From: Syntrophales bacterium
GTDB lineage: Bacteria; Desulfobacterota; Syntrophia; Syntrophales; CG2-30-49-12
NCBI GenBank assembly: GCA_041648505.1
Contig: JBAZOY010000001.1
Span: 11,795-75,794 of the forward strand
Length of the DNA: 64,000 nt
Direction: 5' to 3'
A program made the translations under genes and the position numbers. Shown here one piece after another: positions 9,042-16,998 of the stretch (positions are counted from its first letter, which is position 1; the number at the start of each line of letters is the position of its first letter). The notes under the pieces were generated by a model. It searched no databases. It saw only the letters and a list, made by a program, of their open reading frames with translations, and was not told where the DNA came from.

Positions 9042-10394
9042 TTGAACCAGAATTCCCCCATTTCAATGCAAATTCATTACCGGCATTCGTGCCGCTTCAT
9101 TATTCTTCTATGTATTGTCGCGCTCGGCCCCTACGTTTTCCCGGCAGCGGGTTTGCGTTTAGAGCATTTCGTAATTTATGGCAGTCTTCTCTACGTGATG
9201 ATATGCAAAATGTTGTCGCATAGAAATACCAAAATGGATAAGAATATATTCTTATTGTTGGCGTTAAGTCTTGCCGTTGCGTTTTGGATATTAGTTGTTT
9301 CTTTGCAGAATCTGAGCTGGGCAACTCCTTACGGTGTGTGTGCTGGGCTGGAGAACTTCACCCAGCCAGTCGCTTTGATTATAGTAATCTCCGCAGTAGT
9401 GGAAAGACTCGACCGGGAAGCAAGGCTAAATCTTCTCCGGGTTGCGGGTATTGCTATGATTGTAATGCTGTGTATTAATTCACTGCTTGCAATCTTAACG
9501 ATATTCTACGACACGTTGCCCTTTACGCAATACTTCGTGGTTGCCGGTTACTTCTCGGTTGCCGATAATACCATGATAAGCCTGTCGCAGCTGGCTGCAA
9601 CTATGAACCGTTTCTTAGGTGTTTTTAATCAGCCGGCTGAAAGCGGGTTGGCTTATTCAATTGGGTCGCTTGTTTGGGTTTATTTAGCTACCACAAGTAA
9701 GCGAATAAGTTCAATTGCCTGGGTTTCGCTGCCCTTACTCATAATTGGAGGTTCTTTATCCGTTTCCAAAACTTTCACATTAGGTGGTTTCCCGCTTTCG
9801 ATGTTGTACTGGGTTTGGTCCGAGCTAAGTCTGTTGCGCATCCGTAAAAGCGTCCTTGTCGGCGGGATGATCTGGGGTTTAGGAACGGCGGTGGTTATAA
9901 GTTTACTGGCGGAATCGTGGGCTGGCTTGGATTACTTTTTACGTTTCTTTAGGAGGGGTAGTTATTATGATGGGGCTATATCTCTATTCACAGGCGGGCG
10001 CTTTGGCGGCGCTGAGTCGGGTGTCGGAAACCTTTTTGCTAAAACCTGGAACGAGTCGCCCATTATGGGATTCGGTGTGTCGAATGCACAAGGGCTAGAC
10101 AACGGGTATATTGAATTTTTCTTTTATGGTGGGATTGTCGGGCTGGCCTTTCACATTGCAATACTTGCAGTCATTCTTCGGGTTGCATTTCGCGGTCTAA
10201 GAACCGATCCCGAACGCGGCAGGCTTATGATGGCTTTATGGATATTGATTATCGGTGCGAGTATAGGTGCTCCTGTTTTCACTCTAAATCGCTCATCTAT
10301 ATTCTTATGGATCATCCTTGTCATTGTTTTCGGAGTCCTGTCGAAAAGACGGACGTCGGATATGTTCAACTCAAACTCGCAAGGATGCCTCTAA
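9042..10394 (+). CDS. O-antigen polymerase/ligase-like membrane protein (Wzy-type)
   Basis: About 10-12 hydrophobic spans with a large loop (MGFGVSNAQGLDNGYIEFFFYGGIVGLAFHI) typical of the O-antigen ligase/polymerase domain. The start codon is uncertain. Confidence 0.55.
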   Translation: MNQNSPISMQIHYRHSCRFIILLCIVALGPYVFPAAGLRLEHFVIYGSLLYVMICKMLSHRNTKMDKNIFLLLALSLAVAFWILVVSLQNLSWATPYGVCAGLENFTQPVALIIVISAVVERLDREARLNLLRVAGIAMIVMLCINSLLAILTIFYDTLPFTQYFVVAGYFSVADNTMISLSQLAATMNRFLGVFNQPAESGLAYSIGSLVWVYLATTSKRISSIAWVSLPLLIIGGSLSVSKTFTLGGFPLSMLYWVWSELSLLRIRKSVLVGGMIWGLGTAVVISLLAESWAGLDYFLRFFRRGSYYDGAISLFTGGRFGGAESGVGNLFAKTWNESPIMGFGVSNAQGLDNGYIEFFFYGGIVGLAFHIAILAVILRVAFRGLRTDPERGRLMMALWILIIGASIGAPVFTLNRSSIFLWIILVIVFGVLSKRRTSDMFNSNSQGCL

Positions 10395-10433
10395 TGGATG
10401 AGAGCCTCAACAAAGTTGATGCCTTAGCCCAAT

Positions 10434-10520
10434 ATGGCAGCTTATGATTCAGAAGCGACAAGAAACTATATTGATGGTTCCCCACACATCAAGCATGCCA
10501 CGCTACGAAAAGTATTATGA
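10434..10520 (+). pseudogene. 28-codon stub resembling the N-terminus of a polysaccharide-locus methyltransferase
   Basis: MAAYDSEATRNYIDGSPHIKHATLRKVL then a stop. This looks like a gene N-terminus with nothing following it. The assignment is from memory of similar N-termini only. Confidence 0.3.
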
Positions 10521-10526
10521 GCAATA

Positions 10527-10555
10527 TAGAGAATCGTTATGAATTCATCTATACT
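10527..10555 (+). promoter_or_regulatory. Putative sigma70-type promoter (TAGAGA-N17-TATACT) carrying the TTCATCTATACT block also found at 57167 and 61398
   Basis: The 12-mer TTCATCTATACT (10544-10555) is identical to the spacer/-10 block of the two strong promoters in the 57-61 kb region. The -35 element matches TTGACA at 4 of 6 positions. Confidence 0.35.
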
Positions 10556-10663
10556 AAGGGTCTCCCCATAGTCAAGACAAAAAAACGGGTTGTATATGAT
10601 GCATGGTGTTAGCCTGCACGGGTTTTTGGTTTAAGCTCTCCTTGACATAAAACTCGTAGCTTC

Positions 10664-10745
10664 CCACGGGCTTACGCCCGTGGCACTTTGAAGATGTATT
10701 AATCAATTTTATCTTTGGCATTCACCCACGGGCTCACGCCCGTGG
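10664..10745. repeat. Two copies of a hairpin-forming repeat (CCACGGG-CTYACG-CCCGTGG) 62 bp apart
   Basis: The copies lie at 10664-10683 and 10726-10745. Each has a perfect 7-bp stem and is followed by a related tail (cactttgaagatgtattaat versus tcctctgcaaagtattgat). Confidence 0.7.
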
Positions 10746-10857
10746 TCCTCTGCAAAGTATTGATAGGGGGTTCAATACCCTTTAGTAAGCCCGTTAATTG
10801 GAGTCTTATGGGCATCCCTCTATTTATGAGTCTTAAAATGCTTGAAAGGAATAGCAA

Positions 10858-11817
10858 ATGAAGAAATTTATGATTACAGGATTCTCTGGTTTCGTCAGTC
10901 GTCATTTCTTAGAATATCTTGAAAATCATCACGTCGAATCTTTAGTTAAAGGTTTAGATATTAGTTATCCTGAATTTGAACAAGGAAACTTCAGGTCTGT
11001 AAAATTTGAATTCGAGAGGCTTGACCTTCTCGATAAAGAAAAAGTTGAAAATATTCTTTATGAATTCCAGCCAGATTATATATTACATCTTGCATCATAC
11101 AGCAGCGTCGCATTTAGTTGGGAAGCACCTATAATAAGTTTTCAAAATAATACAAATATCTATTTGAATTTATTGGAGGGAGTGCGCAAATTTAATTTGC
11201 CTGTACGTATCTTATCAATCGGTTCATCAGAAGAGTATGGAAATATTGAGAAGAAAGATTTACCGGTTACAGAGGAACATTCGTTAAAACCAGGCAGCCC
11301 TTATGCGGTAGCCCGAGTAGCTCAGGAACTCTTATCGCAAATCTACACAAATGGTTATGGTTTAGATATTGTAATGACAAGATCTTTTAATCATATTGGA
11401 CCCTTTCAAAAAGATATTTTCGTAGTGCCGTCTTTTGTTAAGCAGTTGGTTGAAATTAAGAAAAAGAAAGGTAGTGGAAAATTAGTTGCAGGAGACCTCG
11501 AAATTGTTAGAGATTTCACAGATGTAAGAGATGCTGTATCAGCATACTACTTATTATTAACTCAAGGCAAAAAGGGAGAGATATATAATGTTTGCAGCGG
11601 TAAAGGATTCTCTTTAAAACAGATAATAGATAAAATTTGTAATATATTGAATATCGATATAAATATTCATTTGGATTCCAGGCTGCTTCGCCCAAATGAG
11701 AATAGAATTATTATTGGATCAAGCGAAAAACTAAAAACAAATTATGCTTGGGAACTGAAATATACAATCGAAAATAGTTTAGATGATATGATTAGGTACT
11801 GGCAATCGCAGAATTAA
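10858..11817 (+). CDS. NAD-dependent epimerase/dehydratase family protein (GDP-6-deoxy-hexulose reductase-like)
   Basis: Contains MITGFSGFVSRHF (Rossmann motif) and SPYAVARVAQE (YxxxK-type catalytic region; R replaces K at the K position). 319 aa, AT-rich. Confidence 0.65.
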   Translation: MKKFMITGFSGFVSRHFLEYLENHHVESLVKGLDISYPEFEQGNFRSVKFEFERLDLLDKEKVENILYEFQPDYILHLASYSSVAFSWEAPIISFQNNTNIYLNLLEGVRKFNLPVRILSIGSSEEYGNIEKKDLPVTEEHSLKPGSPYAVARVAQELLSQIYTNGYGLDIVMTRSFNHIGPFQKDIFVVPSFVKQLVEIKKKKGSGKLVAGDLEIVRDFTDVRDAVSAYYLLLTQGKKGEIYNVCSGKGFSLKQIIDKICNILNIDINIHLDSRLLRPNENRIIIGSSEKLKTNYAWELKYTIENSLDDMIRYWQSQN

Positions 11818-11828
11818 TTATAGGGATC

Positions 11829-11920
11829 AAGTTCATATAAGGAGTTAGCAATTATGCATATTGGATTAAATCTTCCGCACGCGCATCCCGGGATTGGTGG
11901 CGTATGAAACTATATTCGTA
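11829..11920 (+). pseudogene. Orphan duplicate of the RBS and first ~22 codons of the GT4 gene at 12732, with TGG->TGA
   Basis: aagttcatataaggagttagcaattATGcatattggattaaatctt... parallels 12707-12798. The translation MHIGLNLPHAHPGIGGV*NYI compares with MHIGLNLLHAHPGIGGGWNYI. Confidence 0.75.
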
Positions 11921-12680
11921 TTCAAAAGGACGTATGAATAATTTTATTAGATTTATTTCACGTATTATATTCGGAAGATTGCTTCCACGATTAGCTTATC
12001 CCGTTATTCGTGGGCCGTTACAGGGGGCTAGATTTATACTTGGGGCGGGCGCGGGGAAAGGTGGTGGGGCATCAGTTTATTTCGCCATGGTTGAACCTGA
12101 GCAAACATCGGCTTTTGTGAATACGTTGAAGAATGGGATGATATTTTTTGATATTGGGGCCAATGTGGGATATTACACAATTCTTGGGGCACGATTAGTT
12201 GGTTCACAAGGAAAAGTTTTTGCTTTTGAGCCTTTGATACAAAATTTGTATCACCTATACCGGCATACCTTATTAAATAAGACGAATAATGTAACTATTG
12301 TATCGGCTGCCTGTTCGGATACTTTGTCACTTGCGATTTTCTCTGCTGGGGAAAATTCTGCGACGGGGCATCTTGGTGAAGAAAATGACACAGACAATAA
12401 ATTTCCAGTTTTGACTATATCGATTGATGAAGTAGTTCAGCGGTTGCATGTTTTTCCATCTGTAATCAAGATAGATGTGGAAGGGGCCGAATTATCCGTA
12501 TTGAAAGGTGCAAAAGGTACTCTACGCAAAGAAAAACCCAAGATTTTTCTTTCAACTCATTCAGACGTTCTTAGAAAAACTTGCTTGGAATATTTGAGAG
12601 AATACGGTTATGCTTATGAAGTGCTGAGTCAAGACAAACTGAATCCGTCAGAATTTTTAGCGGTATATGCCGGAGAATAA
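11904..12680 (+). CDS. FkbM-family methyltransferase
   Basis: Contains FFDIGANVGYYT and VFAFEP, with IKIDVEGAE near the C-terminus. The first ATG (11904) lies inside the duplicated GT stub, so the true start may be ATG 11934 (MNNFIRF). Confidence 0.8.
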   Translation: MKLYSYSKGRMNNFIRFISRIIFGRLLPRLAYPVIRGPLQGARFILGAGAGKGGGASVYFAMVEPEQTSAFVNTLKNGMIFFDIGANVGYYTILGARLVGSQGKVFAFEPLIQNLYHLYRHTLLNKTNNVTIVSAACSDTLSLAIFSAGENSATGHLGEENDTDNKFPVLTISIDEVVQRLHVFPSVIKIDVEGAELSVLKGAKGTLRKEKPKIFLSTHSDVLRKTCLEYLREYGYAYEVLSQDKLNPSEFLAVYAGE

Positions 12681-12731
12681 TACAACCCGATGCGTTAGCG
12701 CAAATTAAGTTCGTATAAGGATTTAACAATT

Positions 12732-13856
12732 ATGCATATTGGATTAAATCTTCTGCACGCGCATCCCGGGATCGGTGGTGGATGGAATTACATAAAAAGT
12801 TTAGTAAATTCACTACAAAGTTATAAAAATGATAATACATATACGGCGTATTGTACAAGCGTAAGTAAATGCCTATTTTATGATCAAGCTGATATAAATC
12901 TAATTTGCACGGGGGTTAATAGTTTAAATAGAATTTCCAGGATATTTTACGAGAATACATTTCTTCAATGGAGAGCAAAGATTGATAATATCGATGTAAT
13001 GCATTGGTTTGCAAATACGCGGGCGATTTACAGTACAAAGCCATCAGTGGTAACGATATATGATTTACTCGCATTTCATAGCCATAAAGCTCATCCTTTA
13101 TTTAATCGTTTGTATTTGCGGTTAATGGTGCCTCAAAGTTTACGCAATGCAAATGTGATTGCTCCAATGTCAGAAACAACTATGCTTGATATTAAGAATA
13201 CGTTTAACATTAGTTTAAAAAAAATGATTGTTATTCCAACTATTATAGATGATGTATTTATGCCTGTTGCGTACGAAAACATATTGAAATTTCGTGATAA
13301 ATATGAATTACCTGATAAATACTGGCTCTATGTGGCTCACTATTATCCTCATAAAAATCATGACAGGCTATTTAAGGCCGTTGCACTTCTTAAAGCAAAA
13401 AAAAATACATCATGGCCGCTAGTTTTATGTGGTTCGAAAAATGGCGCCGAAAAATTGATTGCAGAAACATTGCGGTCTGTCGGAATTGAAAATGATGTTA
13501 TTTGGCTGCCCCGGATAGAAGATAAGGATATGCCAACTTTATATTCTGCAGCATCAGCTTTAGTGTTTCCTTCCCTATTTGAAGGAGGCGGAATTCCAGT
13601 CATGGAAGCTATGGCGTGTGGTTGTCCCGTGGTTGCTTCTGATTTGCCAACGACAAGTGAGTTTGCGGCTGATGCTGCTCTCTGCTTTAACGGTGAGGAT
13701 ATCGATGATATCGCGCATGCGATGCTGAGGTTTGAAGAAGACAAAAAAATATTGGAATATTATAAAATGCGCGGTTTAGAAAAAGCTAAAAAATATCGTA
13801 AAGAAATAATAATTCCAATATTGTTAGATGTCTACAAGAAGGCAGCGTCTTATTAA
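12732..13856 (+). CDS. Family 4 (GT-B) glycosyltransferase
   Basis: Contains the FPSLFEGGGIPVMEAMACGCPVVASD EX7E-type motif. Length is 374 aa. Confidence 0.85.
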   Translation: MHIGLNLLHAHPGIGGGWNYIKSLVNSLQSYKNDNTYTAYCTSVSKCLFYDQADINLICTGVNSLNRISRIFYENTFLQWRAKIDNIDVMHWFANTRAIYSTKPSVVTIYDLLAFHSHKAHPLFNRLYLRLMVPQSLRNANVIAPMSETTMLDIKNTFNISLKKMIVIPTIIDDVFMPVAYENILKFRDKYELPDKYWLYVAHYYPHKNHDRLFKAVALLKAKKNTSWPLVLCGSKNGAEKLIAETLRSVGIENDVIWLPRIEDKDMPTLYSAASALVFPSLFEGGGIPVMEAMACGCPVVASDLPTTSEFAADAALCFNGEDIDDIAHAMLRFEEDKKILEYYKMRGLEKAKKYRKEIIIPILLDVYKKAASY

Positions 13857-13882
13857 CCTAACGGATATTGTGGTGCAGCGTT

Positions 13883-14908
13883 ATGTTTACAGATAAAATA
13901 TTACTCATAACCGGTGGTACGGGAACATTCGGTAATGCTGTACTGCGACGTTTCTTGGAAACCGATATCGCGGAAATCCGCATTTTTTCCCGCGATGAGA
14001 AAAAACAGGAAGAGATGCGCAATGCCCTGCGGAATCCGAAGGTGAAGTTCTACCTGGGGAATGTCCGGGATTATGACAGCATCCTGTCTGCCATGCGGGG
14101 TGTGGACATGGTGTTCCACGCGGCAGCCCTCAAGCAGGTGCCGTCTTGTGAATTCTTCCCCCTTGAGGCGATTCGGACAAACGCCATTGGTGCGGAAACC
14201 GTCATGAAGACGGCCTTGGCCTGCAACGTCAAGAACATGATCGTGCTCAGCACCGACAAGGCCGTGTATCCCATCAATGCAATGGGGATGTCAAAGGCGC
14301 TGATGGAAAAGCTCATGATCGCCAAGGCACGCGACCACGGGGATGCGGTAACGATCTTCTGCGGCACCCGTTATGGCAATGTCATGGGGTCTCGGGGGTC
14401 CGTCATTCCCCTTTTCATCAGCCAGATCCTGGCGGGCGAGCCATTGACGATCACCGATCCGAACATGACCCGCTTCATGATGTCCATTGATGATGCGGTG
14501 GACCTCGTTGTGTATGCTTTTAAAAATGGCAATCCGGGCGATGTTTTTGTCCAGAAGGCCCCGGCTGCAACCATTGAAACGCTGGCCAGGGCGTTGAAGA
14601 AGTTGTTCAAGGGCGAAAATGAAATCCGCATCATAGGCACCCGGCATGGCGAAAAGCTTTATGAAACGCTGCTGACTCGGGAAGAAATGGCCCGCGCGGA
14701 AAACATGGGCGATTACTACCGGATTCCGGCAGATACGCGGGATCTCAACTATGCCGTCTATTTCACTGAAGGAGAGACAAAGGTCTCCTGCTATGAGGAT
14801 TATAATTCACATAACACGCAGCGACTCGATGAAGACGCACTGATTGAATTATTACTTAAACTTGATTTTGTGAAAGAGGCCCTCGAAACAGGGAAGATCA
14901 TCATTTGA
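13883..14908 (+). CDS. UDP-GlcNAc 4,6-dehydratase/5-epimerase (FnlA/CapE/WbvB type)
   Basis: MFTDKILLITGGTGTFGNAVLRRFL...IRIFSRDEKKQ is the CapD-like short form (~340 aa). It is followed in the locus by a reductase and a 2-epimerase. The ORF track extends to a TTG at 13868. Confidence 0.8.
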   Translation: MFTDKILLITGGTGTFGNAVLRRFLETDIAEIRIFSRDEKKQEEMRNALRNPKVKFYLGNVRDYDSILSAMRGVDMVFHAAALKQVPSCEFFPLEAIRTNAIGAETVMKTALACNVKNMIVLSTDKAVYPINAMGMSKALMEKLMIAKARDHGDAVTIFCGTRYGNVMGSRGSVIPLFISQILAGEPLTITDPNMTRFMMSIDDAVDLVVYAFKNGNPGDVFVQKAPAATIETLARALKKLFKGENEIRIIGTRHGEKLYETLLTREEMARAENMGDYYRIPADTRDLNYAVYFTEGETKVSCYEDYNSHNTQRLDEDALIELLLKLDFVKEALETGKIII

Positions 14909-15120
14909 ACAGGGACAGGTTTATGAGCCCGATGGTCGAGAGTCGGTAAGGCGGAACGGAAGAAGACGAGAAGGTTAGAAGACGCGCCGGTTGAATCTCC
15001 TGCGGGCCCCTCCTTACGAGGTAGTTCAATTGGCGGGATGGGCGGATGGATGAATCCGGGCAGAAATGATTAGAGGCGATATTCTCACCGGGGAAACACA
15101 GGATTGTTGAAATAGATAGT

Positions 15121-16536
15121 ATGAATATTTCTGAGATGCTTATCATGCCTGAAGGAAAGACGCTGGAATTTAAGCGCGATATTTCCTCACTCAAGCCAAT
15201 CTTTAAAACCCTGGTAGCCTTTGCCAACACAGCAGGAGGCATTCTTATTATTGGGCGCGAAAATGACGGAACTGTCCAGGGCGTTCCGGAAGTGCTTCAG
15301 GTAGAGGAACGCTTGGCCAATGCTATTGCCGACAGTATTCGTCCTGCGATGATGCCTGAAATTGAAATATATTGCCATAATGATAAAACGCTGTTGATAC
15401 TGCGTGTTTTTCACTGGAAAGGCCCCTTTTACTTAAAGGCCGATGGCCCGGAGAAGGGAGTGTACGTTCGCCTCGGTTCTACCAATCGTCAGGCTGGCCC
15501 TGAAATACTGGCTGAATTGCAACGTTCGATGCAAAACCGGTCCTTTGACCAGATGCCTTGTCCCGATCTCTCGATAGAAGCTTTGGATATCGAAAAAGTA
15601 CAGCGTGTCTTTGATGTTACAGGTCAGCAAATCGATGAAAAAAAGCTGGAGTCTCTGGAACTGCTTGTCCCGCACGCCGGTGGTCTTTCGGTGTCTAATG
15701 GCGGGCTGATTTTGTTTGGCTTGGATGATGTGAGGCAACGCTATTTTCCTGATGCAAGAGTGAGTTGTGCCCGTTTTCAGGGAACGGATAAATCGGAATT
15801 TATTGATCGTATAGACATTGCTGGCAGTGTGCTGAATGCCATTGATGAGGTGCCGCGTTTTATCCGTCGTAACACACGACTGGCTGCAAAAATTGAAAAG
15901 ATGCACCGGTTGGATATCCCTGAATATCCAGAGTTGGCAATTCGTGAAATTCTGGTTAACGCCATCGGGCATGCGGATTATTCGTTGCGCGGTATGCGTA
16001 TTCTGGTGGGGATTTATGCAGACCGGATGGAGGTGCAGAATCCCGGTATGCTTCCTTTCGGCATGACAATGGAATATCTTAAGGCCGGTGTGAGCAAGAT
16101 TCGCAATCGTGTTATCGCGCGTGTCTTCAGGGAAATGGGGTTGATGGAGGAATGGGGAAGTGGGTATAAACGCGTCATCCACGCATGTCAGTCCGGCGGG
16201 TATCCGGAACCTGATTGGGAGGAGCTTGGCACGGCTTTCCGGGTGATATTTCATCCGCACCCCGCAGCGCTCGAACAGTCATGTGCTGATGTCCCCGTAA
16301 ATGTCCCCGTAAATGTCCCCGTAAATGATCGGCAGAGATGGTTCCTGGAGCAACTCGCAGTGGGCAAGCAGAGTAGAATATCAGACCTGGCCACCTATGG
16401 AAGCATTTCTGAGAAGACCGCAAAACGGGATATTGCCGATCTAAAAAGGAAAGGCTTGATCGAGTTTGTCGGCGCGCCGAAGAATGGTTTTTACCGTATC
16501 GTGGGGGAATGGGGACGAGAGTACCAACAACGTTAG
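15121..16536 (+). CDS. AlbA_2 (Schlafen-like, divergent AAA_4) domain plus HATPase_c_4-like domain plus C-terminal wHTH protein (RecG-like putative regulator family, COG2865-type)
   Basis: The N-terminus EGKTLEFKRDISS...LVAFANTAGGILIIG is the AlbA_2 signature. The central part contains REILVNAIGHADYS, and the C-terminal part (ISDLATYGSISEKTAKRDIADLKRKGLIEF) looks HTH-like. Confidence 0.75.
   Translation: MNISEMLIMPEGKTLEFKRDISSLKPIFKTLVAFANTAGGILIIGRENDGTVQGVPEVLQVEERLANAIADSIRPAMMPEIEIYCHNDKTLLILRVFHWKGPFYLKADGPEKGVYVRLGSTNRQAGPEILAELQRSMQNRSFDQMPCPDLSIEALDIEKVQRVFDVTGQQIDEKKLESLELLVPHAGGLSVSNGGLILFGLDDVRQRYFPDARVSCARFQGTDKSEFIDRIDIAGSVLNAIDEVPRFIRRNTRLAAKIEKMHRLDIPEYPELAIREILVNAIGHADYSLRGMRILVGIYADRMEVQNPGMLPFGMTMEYLKAGVSKIRNRVIARVFREMGLMEEWGSGYKRVIHACQSGGYPEPDWEELGTAFRVIFHPHPAALEQSCADVPVNVPVNVPVNDRQRWFLEQLAVGKQSRISDLATYGSISEKTAKRDIADLKRKGLIEFVGAPKNGFYRIVGEWGREYQQR
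16291..16326 (+). repeat. Perfect 12-bp tandem repeat x3 (gtccccgtaaat) encoding VPVN x3 in the linker before the wHTH
   Basis: Read directly from the sequence: gtccccgtaaatgtccccgtaaatgtccccgtaaat. Confidence 0.95.
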
Positions 16537-16559
16537 AATGTAGGGAATAGGTAGGCTTT

Positions 16560-16658
16560 CATGATACGCAACGACTCGATGAAGACGCACTGATTGAATT
16601 ATTGCTCAAGCTTGATTTTGTGAAAGAGACCCTCGAAACAGGGAAGATCATCATTTAA
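16560..16658 (+). repeat. Orphan 99-bp duplicate of the 3' end of the FnlA-like gene (direct repeat of 14810-14908)
   Basis: About 8 mismatches over 99 bp by hand alignment. It encodes HDTQRLDEDALIELLLKLDFVKETLETGKIII*, compared with HNTQRLDEDALIELLLKLDFVKEALETGKIII*. Confidence 0.9.
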
Positions 16659-16667
16659 AGGCGGAAT

Positions 16668-16997
16668 ATGATCGTTTTAGTCACAGGGGCAAGGGGCTTT
16701 ATTGGAAAGAATCTGGTTGTCACCCTGAGGCAGCTGGACGGAATTGATGTCATCGAATATGATACAGGTTCGCTGACACGGGAAGAGCTTGCCAGGGCGG
16801 AAGATCGCGACGATTATTACAGGATCACACCGGATGATCGGGATCTGAACTATAACAAATATTTTACCGAAGGTGCGGAACAGATATCGTTAATGGAGGA
16901 TTATAATTCCCATAACACGCGCCGGCTTACAATCGACGGGATTAAAGAGAAATTGCTGAAATTAGATTATATTCAACAACAGCTTCATGGGGAGTAG
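16668..16997 (+). pseudogene. Chimeric ORF: CapF/FnlB-like N-terminal 35 aa fused to a divergent CapE/FnlA C-terminal 74 aa
   Basis: MIVLVTGARGFIGKNLVVTL is a CapF-type Rossmann start. From 16773, LTREELARAEDRDDYYRITPDDRDLNYNKYFTEG...EDYNSHNTRRL parallels residues LTREEMARAENMGDYYRIPADTRDLNYAVYFTEG...EDYNSHNTQRL of the gene at 13883. Confidence 0.7.
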
Positions 16998-16998
16998 A

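Noticed and set aside
8978-9223. 81-aa ORF upstream of and overlapping the Wzy-like gene
   Set aside because: It is out of frame with and overlapped by the 450-aa membrane-protein ORF, and it has no motif. It probably reflects uncertainty about the Wzy start only.
10664-10745. Possible mini-CRISPR (palindromic ~21-bp repeat, ~41-bp spacer)
   Set aside because: There are only two copies, the repeat is shorter than usual, the flanks of the two copies are themselves related, and the window contains no cas genes.
10760-10800. tRNA-like T-arm (GGGGGTTCAATACCC)
   Set aside because: I could not build an acceptor, D or anticodon arm around it, and the T-stem has a mismatch. I did not call it as a tRNA or a tRNA fragment.
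15433-16260. 275-aa ORF antisense to the AlbA_2 gene
   Set aside because: It is fully embedded opposite a well-supported gene. The translation is rich in H/C/R/T and has no recognisable motif, so it is a typical shadow ORF.
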